Of a DNA stretch of 64,000 nt, positions 19,953 through 30,074 are shown one piece after another; the first letter of the stretch is position 1; every line of letters begins with the position of its first letter. Under the pieces are notes generated by a model that searched no databases, was not told the origin of the DNA, and saw only the letters and a program-made list of their open reading frames with translations. The stretch is from an uncultured Thermofilaceae archaeon. Its GTDB lineage: Archaea > Thermoproteota > Thermoprotei > Thermofilales > B69-G16. The translations under genes and the position numbers were made by a program. The stretch spans positions 11,342 through 75,341 of the forward strand of contig CAZCTW010000009.1 in the NCBI GenBank assembly GCA_964501905.1. Direction: 5' to 3'.

Positions 19953-20569
19953 GGCCTAAACGAATTTCCTAAATAAGAAACGAGGTTTTATTAAGGACAT
20001 TAATACCCTAAAGTCTTAAAATGGAGTTCGGGAATACTCCATGTGACGAAGAAATCTCTAACTCCTTTATATCCTAGAACTTCCTCCCATTTTTCAATAT
20101 CAGAAGCTATTTCCCCGATCAACTCTTTAAGGGTCCCATTCAGTATCTTAGAGAATGATATCTATGAAGGTTATATGGGATGAAGAAGGATTGATGTATA
20201 TACCTTTGAGTGAAGATGTTAAAAGAAAAGTTGAGTAACAGATTGCTGAAATAGATCCAAGTGAATTGGAAAAAGCTTAGAGAGTATAAAGTATATGAAA
20301 TAGTTCTTGAAGAATCAGACCCCATGGAAGGCCGATATGTGAAAGTAGTAAAACATGAAGGTAAGTTTATGCTGGTGGCAGGTTGAGTTTAGAGAAGAAT
20401 ACTACGTTGCTGAACTTAAATTTAAAACTTACAAGAAGTTTTGATAAAGTTGCGTATACTACAATGCTATTTTTGTTTTTCTAAAACATTTAATTAATAT
20501 TGCCTATTATGACCAAAAAATTCCTGACTTCTATACTTTTATGAAAAGTTTTGTTTAAAGCTTTATAAT

Positions 20570-20851
20570 TTAATGTTCATATCCCCACTTTACTAATTTA
20601 ATATCCCATACGTTTGTTGTTTCAAAAACAGTACCGCATTTAGGACACTTTCCTATCCATCCAGTATCAAATTTTTTTGTTTTCACTTGGTCGATCCATT
20701 GAACTCCAGTACGTAGGCTCCAACTAGTGCTATAACTGATATAAGAATAATCGCCCTTACTTCTTTCCACTTTTACAATTTCTCCACATTTAGGACATCT
20801 AGCAAGTGCTTTATAACGAAACACTAAACCTCCAAGCATATTTCTATACAC
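20570..20851 (-). CDS. Small zinc-ribbon protein (two CPKCG pairs)
   Basis: 93 aa. CPKCGEIV...CPKCGTVF. No known family recognised. Confidence 0.45.
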   Translation of the reverse strand: MYRNMLGGLVFRYKALARCPKCGEIVKVERSKGDYSYISYSTSWSLRTGVQWIDQVKTKKFDTGWIGKCPKCGTVFETTNVWDIKLVKWGYEH

Positions 20852-21054
20852 CTTTCATTTTAATAATATTGCAAGAAATTAAAATATTTTTCTAGTATTA
20901 CTATATAAAAGTGATCTTAAACCATCAAAAATTTTACTAAAGTTTAAAAATAATCAATCTCTTATCTTAAATTTAAGTTTATCTATTCTTATTCTTAAAT
21001 AATCAGCTTGTCTTTTGAGATCAAGGTCATATTTATTAGAAAACATTATAAATT

Positions 21055-21988
21055 CTATTGCTTTTTTAAATTCTTCAGTATTTCTTCAATAGAATAATAT
21101 ATTCTATTTTCTAGCTTTTTAAGAATTTTTGACATTCTTATTCTTTTATTTTCAGAGATATCGATTACTTTCCATCCGTGAAGCTTAATTAATTCTTCTT
21201 TGTTGACGGGGAATTTCGGATTTTCCAAAATAGCCATTCTCACCGCATTTATACCTCTGGTGGAGTAGTTTGGCAGGAAGTAATTATCCTCTATGTAAGT
21301 CTTTATCCTCATAACATCGTCATACATCCTGCAGCCGTGTCCCATCAAAAATACTTTGTTTTCTTCAGCGTATCTTCTAGCTGAGTCTGCAATATGTTTA
21401 ATTTCTTCATCGTCTAAAACCCAGAGTGTATGATATCCTTCCCGTATATCCGGCTATAAACAATATCTGTGTAGAAGACTGGCTCTTCTAGCTGGCGTCG
21501 AAAACGTGTGTAGCATTGAATTTTGATAAAATATTTTTCAAAACTAATCTTGGTCTCCTATTTCTCCAATCGGGTCCTCTAGCTTCAACACCTATATTCG
21601 CCTCGTAACTTTGAGCATAATCTAGGAATTTTACCAGATTTTTAAGAAACCTTGACGATGGTCTCTGTCTATAAGGAAACCTGTAGTATAATAGTTTCAG
21701 CTTTCAGTATTCTGCATATATCAACTATTTTTTCAAATTTTTCGATAACTTCTCTCTTTAGTTCAAATCTATAGGTATGAGATATATCTCTGTGTGCTTT
21801 TACTGTAAAATAAAATCCTTCTTGACTATTCTCCTCCAATTTTCAACTATTCTTAAACTTGGTATCCTGTAGAATGTTGAGTTTACCTCTACGGCGTCGA
21901 AGAGTTTCGAGTATTCTCTAAGCTTATGATACTTAACCGGGAAATAATCCCAGCCACAAGCACCAACAAATATCCTCTTCACGCTCAT
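21055..21988 (-). pseudogene. Frameshifted DUF72-family gene
   Basis: The N-terminal piece 21800-21988 (FVGACGWDYFPV...FDAVEVNSTFYRIPS) is the DUF72 signature. The continuation is readable only by switching frames several times, down to the 97-aa ORF at 21055-21348. Confidence 0.6.
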
Positions 21989-22188
21989 CTTTCCATGAAT
22001 AAAAAGTCTCTAATTCCTTCCTCAGTTTTTCTTAATCCTAATATGGCATTACCATGAAAGTGATTGTTAAATAACCATATACGGCTTTAGCCGAGGCTTC
22101 AGCCTCCCTAACCTTAGGAACCCATTTTTCAACTGGTCAATAGTATACTTGTAGTCATACCAAGTTCTTTTCCCTCTCCCATGCCATC

Positions 22189-22512
22189 TTATATATGCGC
22201 GCGTTTTCTTTTTATGTAAAGATCTAGAGAGCTATAAGGCACTATTAAAACCGTGTAATTTAATAAAATTTCGAGACTTTGTTCTCTAGGCTTATCTATA
22301 GCCAACCTTAAAATAGTGCTATTTGTGTAAAACTGCTCTCTAACTCTAATAGGACTATTCCTCTCAATAGCTTCCGAAATCTCTAAAGCTGCTCTCCGAA
22401 GATACAGGAGCTTATAGCTAAAAATAGCCTGGAAAGGGTTAAGAGCAATAATCAAAATACCAATCATAACCACTGTTCCAGTTGCTATAAGGATCTTAGA
22501 TTGAGTCTTCAT
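22189..22512 (-). CDS. Hypothetical protein with N-terminal TM helix
   Basis: 107 aa. MKTQSKILIATGTVVMIGILIIAL... No homology recognised. Lies in the decaying region. Confidence 0.3.
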   Translation of the reverse strand: MKTQSKILIATGTVVMIGILIIALNPFQAIFSYKLLYLRRAALEISEAIERNSPIRVREQFYTNSTILRLAIDKPREQSLEILLNYTVLIVPYSSLDLYIKRKRAHI

Positions 22513-22615
22513 GAGAATAAGGAAACAAAGCTTTTAAACAGATGCAAAGTTAAAACTCACTATAATAAGTCCAGTTGTAAAATAGAACTTTAAGATATAT
22601 TTGGTGCTGTCAAGT

Positions 22616-25378
22616 TTAGTCTTCACGTTTGAGGCTTGGGTGATTGCGAGTTTCCAAACTTAAAGCTCTTAAAATAATTTTATAAATCACAATTAAAGTT
22701 GTTACTAAGATTATTGTTGCTAGTATAAATATAGTTAGTCCTGTAACATTTTTGTTAGTCTCTGGATGTTTAACTTCTATTATTATAGATGCAATTGCAG
22801 AATTTCCGGCTTTATCCATTGCTATCGCCTTAATAACGTGATGCCCAATGGATATATTTTGAAATACAAATTCTCCTGGTAATGATTCATTATAAGCCAA
22901 TTTCTCGTCTAAGTATAGTGTCACAAGTTTTAGTCCTGATAACTCGTCGACTGCTTTAATTTTTACATTAAATGTTCTCCCTACTTCGCTGTTATTTGCC
23001 GGATAAATTATTTCAAGTCTAGGCGGTCTCATATCTATTATAATAGTCGATATAGGTGTTCTCCATTCCCCAAATTTATTTTTTATTAATATATTCCATT
23101 TATGAACTCCCTCAGAAAGCTTAACGGTTTCAACGTAGAATCCCGAAGTATAGTTTCTTTTCATGGCATAGGCTTTGTTATCGACTATTAGAGTAACTTC
23201 TTCCGCAGCATCCTCTATCAAAGCTTTGAATTCAACCTTTGATCTTGAAGTACAAGTATGATTAGCGGGATATATCTCTGTAACTTCGGGATTTTTATAC
23301 ACTATTCTAACTATGTCCCAGAGGTTGAGACTAGGAACTATAAACTCCAAGTAGCCATCTTTGACCGTATAGTTAACTAATACTTTTTCTATGTTAAAGT
23401 CGGGAGAGTAAACCTCTACCTGTTTAACGCTATACTCTTCTGGAAGCTTGACTCTTATAAAAATAGAATTTTTAGGCTCAACCCAATCTGTATCAGCATT
23501 GTAGTGATAGTCGAGATTTACCAGATATATCAATATGTCTCCCGAGCTTTTCATAATCCTGGTTGTAATGACAACATTATCTGAAGCATTGGTTAAAATT
23601 CTTCTATCGTATAAGTTTTTTTACAATTCTACGCATTTTACTCAAAGCAGCGTTATTTATAACCTTGTTCTCTAAGGCATTCTCAAAGCGTAAACCAATC
23701 CAGTTATCTATTACTGTGACACCAGCGCTAGATAGTAGTTTTTGTCTAACATCTTCGTCTCTTTTGTTACCTAAATCATCGTAAAGCCCGAATTTCTTGG
23801 TAACTATAAGCCTGCCACCGCTTTCAACATAGTTTAGCAGAGCGGTGAAATCTCTGTCAGATATATGTGTAACTTCGGGAGCGATGATGAGGTTGTATTT
23901 GGCAAGCATGTCTGAGGCGTTTGTAGCTAATATTTCTCTCATCCCCAGTAAGAGGACGTCGTAGTCGATGTGCATTCTCTCTAGAGCTCTAGCCCAGCCA
24001 TAAACCTCTTTTTGATAGTCATCGCTTTTATAATAGGCAAATGATGGATAGAAGTTCCAAACAGCAGTAGGCAGAGAGATGAGTAATGCAACATCTGCGA
24101 AGCTACTGGTGTTTTCAAAGAATATTCGGTGTTTGCTTATGAACTTATAATACTTAGCTACACTTTCCCTCTCTTTTCCGAATACTAATCTCTTCGGAGA
24201 CCCTCCTCCTAAACATGTTCCCGTGCCGAATGGTACGAGCATTATAGCGCCTGAACTGTAGACTTCTGCAACTAAAGTTCTAATTAAAGTTGAGGAATTA
24301 TTTGGTGGTTGATCTGGTTCAAACGGGTTTGAATTGCATAAAATCCATTCTCCTATCCATACTTTTTAGAATAATTGCCTGAGGCTTGAGCCATTTTGCT
24401 TACAACATAGTTTGTTTGATATGGAGGAGGTTTAAATTGGTTAACTTCCACGTAAATAACGTCCATATAGGGTGTCAAAGTTATATGCGGGATCCAAGCA
24501 AAATACTCGTTACTCGTAATGGCAACTTTCCGGCCTTTGCTAGACGCATAGGCTCGAATATTTTCAGAAACATTTTTAACAAAACTCAAAGCGGATTTAT
24601 ACCAATAAATGACAGCAGCTTTAAATATTGGATCATTTAAAACCTCTTCAACGTTCTCAAATTCAACGTTCTCAGTCGGCCAGCTTGCTTTAAACTTGCC
24701 TCGTAGATTAATATAGCTACCATGAATCTCTTTAATCCTATATTTTTTAGCTAGATACTCTCTAAGACAAAAGTTTTTAAGATCGTCTACCCCCAGTTGC
24801 TTAAGATCCTCCTTGCTGAAAGTCTTATTTAAGTACTGTATTAACCCACGACCTTCCCATGTATCGCTGCATCCCCAGCCTCCTCCCCCAAAAAACACGA
24901 ATATAGCATCAGGGCTATCGATGAATATAAAATCAGCACCGGTATCAACAGCCTTTCTCCCCCATTTTATTAGGAAGTCTTCCCAATATGGGTTTTGAGG
25001 TTGCATAATTGCGTAGAAATCGCGGCGTCCTAGTTGTTCTTCGCTTAGAACACTGATAACGAGAGCTCCAGTAAAGCTTCTGGAAACTCCTACTGTATAA
25101 GGGTCGCTAAATATTGTATGTATCTCCACTCTGAGGGATAACGCATCCAGCTCCTATAATCTATCCAAGCTGGAACCGTATTATGTAACGCCTCTAAAGA
25201 ATATTCAGACTTTAAATATCCAAGAAATTGAGAAAACTCCATTTGAAATGCATCGCCGATAACTATGTATTTATCCCAATCCGGTGAAGTCTGAGGTTTT
25301 GAAGTAGTAATATGTGATAATGAAGCAATTAATATAATAAAGAATTTCTAATAGTAATATTACTGTTCTTATTTGCAT
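22616..25378 (-). pseudogene. Disrupted gene for a large C-terminally anchored surface glycosidase-like protein
   Basis: Three consecutive ORFs (258, 212, 312 aa) plus an N-terminal piece join only across frameshifts (~25.13-25.3 kb, ~24.36 kb, and the T7 run at 23616-23622). The middle part resembles a GH42-type trimerisation/GATase-like domain (LIIAPEVTHISDRDFTALLNYVESGGRLIV). The end has Ig-like repeats and a TM anchor. Confidence 0.6.
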
Positions 25379-25596
25379 GGCAAATCATTAAAAATAAATG
25401 ATAAAAATTTTTATTTAATACTTTCTGCGCCGTCAAGCTAAGCATAATTCTATGCCATAGATCCTCCATAAAATCCTAACTTGACAACACCCCTTCACAA
25501 GTAGCAAAACATATATAATCCTACAACAATTAAAAAGATAGATGTTCCGTAAATTTTCAAGAAATTCCGATACAATATATAAATATCGGAAAAATT

Positions 25597-25651
25597 CGGA
25601 TGATGACCCATTGCAGCTCGGACTTATGAAGAAAAGGTTTCCGGCCTGACG
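25597..25651 (+). ncRNA. C/D-box sRNA candidate
   Basis: C box ATGATGA (25600-06), 12 nt, D' CGGA (25619-22), 3 nt, C' ATGAAGA (25626-32), 13 nt, D box CTGA (25646-49). TATA-like ATATATAAATA lies ~25 nt upstream. Confidence 0.55.
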
Positions 25652-25695
25652 TAACTATTTTAAAAACCATTTCTAAATATAGACGGGCGCAGTTC

Positions 25696-27366
25696 ATGTA
25701 CACGTTGGAGAAAGTGATCAACGACCTATCCTATGATGAGGTAGTATTCTACGAATCCCCGAGAAGCGAACTAGGCGATTTAACTACTAACGCGGCTTTT
25801 AAAATAGCGAAGAAAGAAAATCTAAAACCCGAAGCCGTAGCGGAGCGTATCAAAGCGCGTATTGAAAAATCTTCCTGGGTAGCCTCAGTTCAGATCATTA
25901 GAGGATACGTTAACGTATTTCTCGACAGAGGACTTTTTACGAGAATGGTGCTAGACGAAGCTATGCATGAAAATTATGGAGCCAGAGATGTAGGGAAGGG
26001 GAAGACCATTGTTATAGATTACTCGTCACCTAACGTCGCCAGGCCAATGCATGTAGGCCACCTAAGGAGCACGGTCATAGGAGGCTCGCTCTATAGAATA
26101 TATTCATTGCTGGGGTATAAAGTAGTGGGAATAAACTACCTGGGAGATGTCGGAACCCAGTTCGGCAAGCTCATCTACGCTTATAAAAAATGGGCAAACC
26201 CCAAAGCCCTTGAAGAAAACCCCGTAAGAGAGCTGTTTAGGCTATACGTGAAATTTCACAGCGAAGCGGAGAAATCCCCTGAGTTGGAAGAAGTAGCCAA
26301 GGCAGAATATAGAAAATTGGAAGAAGGCGAGGCGGAACACGTAGAGCTCTGGAGGAAGTTCAGAGCTTTAAGCATCAAAAGCTTCAAAAAAGTCTACAAT
26401 TTGTTCGGGATAGAATTCGATGAAATTTCAGGAGAAAGCTTCTACATAGAAGAGGCTAAAAAGCTAACTAAAGAATTGCTTGAGAGGGGTATAGCAAAAA
26501 TCGGGGAAAAGGGCGAGAAGAAAAACGCCGTAGTAGCAGACTTGGAGAAGTGGGGCTTAAATCACCCCGTACTCCTTAAGAGCGACGGGACGACTTTATA
26601 TCTTTCACGAGACTTAGCGGCGCTCGTAGATAGATGTCGAAAATACAGTTTCCATGCAGCGATATACGTCGTCGGCAGAGAGCAAATACTCCACTTCAAG
26701 CAATTGTTTAAAATAGCAGAACTCATGGAACTTCCCTGTAAAAACCTGCACCATCTATCCTTCGGGCATCTCAGACTACCCGAAGGCAAAATGTCGACGA
26801 GAAAGGGAAGAGTAGTTTTCGCCGAGGAAGTTTTAGAGCGGGCAATAAGTCTTGCTAGAGAAGAGATAAAGAAACGCTGGAATGAAGACAGGCCTGAAGA
26901 TGCTCTAAAAATAGGCGTAGCCGCCGTAGCTTACGCCATACTGAAGAGCGAGCCTGAGAAGGATATCATATTTAAATGGGAGAAAATACTGTCCTTCGAG
27001 GGGGAGACGGGCCCCTACCTACAGTATTCTCTAACGAGGGCTAAGAAGATACTGGAGAAAGCTGGCGTAGAGTCTTCTAAGCTTCCTGAAAACTTCACCG
27101 TCGACAGTTATGAATGGGAGTTAGTGAAAGCTATCGCCAGATTCCCCCGCATAACGTTACAAGCTGCGGAGAAAATGCGCCCCCACCTAGTAGCTAAATA
27201 CGCTTTTTCGCTCGCCGACGCCTTCAACAAATTCTATGAAAAGTGCCCCGTACTCAGAAGTCCTCCTGAAAAGCTGGGGCTGAGACTCTCCCTGGTAAAA
27301 GCATTCTACAATACTATGAAGCAAACCCTTTATCTCCTCCTAATACCTGAGCCAGAACGAATGTGA
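25696..27366 (+). CDS. argS: Arginine--tRNA ligase
   Basis: 556 aa. HIGH-type PMHVGHLRS, KMSKS-type GKMSTRKG, C-terminal DALR-like anticodon-binding region. Confidence 0.95.
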   Translation: MYTLEKVINDLSYDEVVFYESPRSELGDLTTNAAFKIAKKENLKPEAVAERIKARIEKSSWVASVQIIRGYVNVFLDRGLFTRMVLDEAMHENYGARDVGKGKTIVIDYSSPNVARPMHVGHLRSTVIGGSLYRIYSLLGYKVVGINYLGDVGTQFGKLIYAYKKWANPKALEENPVRELFRLYVKFHSEAEKSPELEEVAKAEYRKLEEGEAEHVELWRKFRALSIKSFKKVYNLFGIEFDEISGESFYIEEAKKLTKELLERGIAKIGEKGEKKNAVVADLEKWGLNHPVLLKSDGTTLYLSRDLAALVDRCRKYSFHAAIYVVGREQILHFKQLFKIAELMELPCKNLHHLSFGHLRLPEGKMSTRKGRVVFAEEVLERAISLAREEIKKRWNEDRPEDALKIGVAAVAYAILKSEPEKDIIFKWEKILSFEGETGPYLQYSLTRAKKILEKAGVESSKLPENFTVDSYEWELVKAIARFPRITLQAAEKMRPHLVAKYAFSLADAFNKFYEKCPVLRSPPEKLGLRLSLVKAFYNTMKQTLYLLLIPEPERM

Positions 27367-27373
27367 TGAAATC

Positions 27374-27964
27374 ATGCTAGTACTAGGCGTTGACCTCGCA
27401 GGGAGCGAGAAAAGAAACACTGGAATATGCATAATGGATGAAAAGCTGAACGTTTTAACGTTCATAGTACACACCGATGAGGAGATATTAGAAGTAATCA
27501 AAAGAGTAAAGCCTCGAATTGTAGCAATAGACGCCCCCCTTACCTTGCCCCACGGCAGGAAAAGCCTAAACCGAAGAGAAAGCATCCATCTAAGAGAGTG
27601 TGATAGAAAACTGCTAGAAATGGGCATAAAATTCTTTCCAATCACCTTAGGACCCATGCGAAAATTAACAGAAAGAGGAATAAAATTAAAAAAGAAAATA
27701 GAAAACATGGGCTATAAAGTGATAGAAGTATATCCAGGCGGAGCACAAGATCTCCTAGGCATTCCTAGGAAATCTAAAGGAGTAAAAGCCTTGAGAGATG
27801 GCTTGGTAAAACTAGGGATTAAAGGAATTGAGGAGAACGCGACCGCAGACGAACTAGACGCCGTAACCGCCGCTTATGTGGCCCTCCTCCACCTAAGAGG
27901 GAAGACCATAGAACTATCGGGAATAGACGGGACAATTGTAATGCCTAACCCCGCTCAGGCATAG
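27374..27964 (+). CDS. DUF429/COG2410-like predicted RNase H-fold nuclease
   Basis: 196 aa. MLVLGVDLAGSEKRNTGICIM...IVAIDAPLTLPHG...ELDAVTAA. Family call from memory. Confidence 0.5.
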   Translation: MLVLGVDLAGSEKRNTGICIMDEKLNVLTFIVHTDEEILEVIKRVKPRIVAIDAPLTLPHGRKSLNRRESIHLRECDRKLLEMGIKFFPITLGPMRKLTERGIKLKKKIENMGYKVIEVYPGGAQDLLGIPRKSKGVKALRDGLVKLGIKGIEENATADELDAVTAAYVALLHLRGKTIELSGIDGTIVMPNPAQA

Positions 27965-28000
27965 ACAATACTTATAAAATATTCATACACGTTTTACTAA

Positions 28001-29020
28001 TTGGTGGTATTCTTGTCCAAAATAGGAATAGGCGTAGTTGGTTTAGGCAGAATAGGACAACTACACGCTGAAATCTTCCACTCTAGAATACCAAATGCAA
28101 AACTAGTAGCCGTCTCTGACGTAGTGGAAAACCTAGCAAAAAGCATCGGTGCACAGCTAGGAGTAAAATACTATACCGATTACCAACAAATGCTCAAAGA
28201 TCCAGAAATAGACGCCGTAGTAATATGCACTCCCACATTCCTCCACAAAGAAATGATAATACTAGCCGCCGAACACGGCAAACACATACTCTGCGAAAAA
28301 CCCATAACCGTAACGGTGAAAGAAGCCGAAGAAGCATTATCTAAAGTAGCCAAGAGCGGAGTAACCCTACAAATAGGATACATGAGAAGATTCGACTACG
28401 CATACCAACAAGCCAAAGAAAAAATCAAAAAAGGAGAAATAGGAAAACCCATAACCTACATAGCCATAGCCAGAGACCCCGCACCCCCACCCGGATGGGC
28501 CGCAGATCCTAAGCTCAGCGGAGGAATATTCTTGGACATGCTCAGCCACGACTTCGACATGGCCAGATGGCTACTAGAAGCCGAAGTAGAAAGAGTACAC
28601 GTAGAAGGAGGGGCAATGATATACGAAGAAATAAAGGAAAAAGGAGATCTAGATGTAGTAACAATAAACATAAAATTCACCAACGGCGCAATAGGCCACA
28701 TACACGGAAGCAGAAAATCCGCCTTCGGATACGACCTAAGGACCGAAGTGTTAGGTACCGAAGGAACAGTATACGTAGGCTACAGACAGGACCCAATGTT
28801 CGCCATAGGAACCAAACAAGGACTAGTATACTGGGGCATAAAATGGTTCTTCAAAAGATTCTACGACGCCTACGTAGAAGAAGATAAACACTTCATACAA
28901 TGCCTACTAGAAGAGAAAACACCGTTGATAACTGGAGAAGACGGCAAAAAAGCAGTACAAATCGCAGAAGCAGCCTGGAAATCCTACAAAGAACAAAAAC
29001 CAATTCAAATAACCTATTAA
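28001..29020 (+). CDS. Gfo/Idh/MocA-family NAD(P)-dependent oxidoreductase
   Basis: 339 aa. Rossmann IGIGVVGLGRIGQLHAE, catalytic-region EKP. Coding strand is unusually T-poor. Confidence 0.85.
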   Translation: MVVFLSKIGIGVVGLGRIGQLHAEIFHSRIPNAKLVAVSDVVENLAKSIGAQLGVKYYTDYQQMLKDPEIDAVVICTPTFLHKEMIILAAEHGKHILCEKPITVTVKEAEEALSKVAKSGVTLQIGYMRRFDYAYQQAKEKIKKGEIGKPITYIAIARDPAPPPGWAADPKLSGGIFLDMLSHDFDMARWLLEAEVERVHVEGGAMIYEEIKEKGDLDVVTINIKFTNGAIGHIHGSRKSAFGYDLRTEVLGTEGTVYVGYRQDPMFAIGTKQGLVYWGIKWFFKRFYDAYVEEDKHFIQCLLEEKTPLITGEDGKKAVQIAEAAWKSYKEQKPIQITY

Positions 29021-29132
29021 CCATTTTTATTAAACCCGTATAACTAGCAACAAACACTTACTAGCCTATTGACTTATTTCTAGCCACCAACCATAAGCAC
29101 TGTTCACAACCTACGAGTCCACAACGTCAAAA

Positions 29133-29531
29133 TCAACGCCGAGCAAAAGGAGCGCGGTCCTCCCTACTAAAAACAACATACCTAAATCCCCTCTTATTCT
29201 CAAACCTAACGTCAAAATACCTCACCAACTCCTCCTTCACTCTCCTATAAAAATACCGATTAGCTATATAAGAGGGAGGCTCCACCCTCGAAACAAGCCC
29301 TCTAACTCTCCTAAAATCCAACGTACCAAAAACATAAGCAGCATAACCATACTTCACCAAACTCCTAACCTTAACCGACACCCTACGAGACCTAGCACCA
29401 GCAACAATACACTCCGCCACCCTCAACACACAACCCAAAACACTACCCTGAACTCTCCCAACCCAACCCGACACCATACCAGCCATACCCCACAACCACA
29501 CCATATAAAACAAACACACCCCCCATCCCAT
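29133..29531 (-). CDS. Doubtful ORF (only the C-terminal ~80 aa look protein-like)
   Basis: 132 aa. The N-terminal half is G/W/V-rich, as expected from reading the G/T-rich strand of a skewed region. No motif recognised. Confidence 0.2.
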   Translation of the reverse strand: MGWGVCLFYMVWLWGMAGMVSGWVGRVQGSVLGCVLRVAECIVAGARSRRVSVKVRSLVKYGYAAYVFGTLDFRRVRGLVSRVEPPSYIANRYFYRRVKEELVRYFDVRFENKRGFRYVVFSREDRAPFARR

Positions 29532-29814
29532 ATCACCAAACTATTACAATCAAAAAACCCACGTACATACACAAACGCCAACACACCTCCACAACCTCAA
29601 CCAAACAAAACCCATGAACCAAAATACCAAAGAAACGAATATCCAACAACAAACCCTAAAACACACTACGACAAACACCTAACAAGACAAAAAACCACAT
29701 AACACCCCCAACAACAAACACTTACAAAAAAACCAAACGGAAAACTTAAAAACATAACCATATAATATAACACAGATGCAGACCCAGGGTTACGGCCCGG
29801 GGTCCAAGCCCCAA

Positions 29815-29939
29815 AGCGGGGTGGGGAAGCCAGGTAATCCCGCGGGGCTCATAAACCTCTGTCGGACAAAAACGAAAAAAGAGCCCCGACAGAGAATTGA
29901 GAGACCCCGAGGTCCCCGGTTCAAATCCGGGCCCCGCTA
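29815..29939 (+). tRNA. Initiator tRNA-Met(CAT) with a ~50-nt anticodon-loop intron
   Basis: A1:U72 acceptor AGCGGGG/CCCCGCT, anticodon stem CGGGG/CCCCG with three G:C pairs, loop CTCATA|intron|A. The intron holds a 9-bp hairpin CTCTGTCGG/CCGACAGAG, and TGAG pairs with the anticodon region. T-arm CCCGG-TTCAAAT-CCGGG. T-rich run follows. Confidence 0.9.
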
Positions 29940-30074
29940 TAGCCACTATTTTTTTTCTTTTCTTTCGAAAAGGAAACGAAATTTTTCTTTAATTATCGGT
30001 AATGGGACTCTAAGAGTTTTTCAAAAGTTTATCGGGAGTCACCGCGGGATTTTAGGTAGGTGGGGGTGGTTTGT

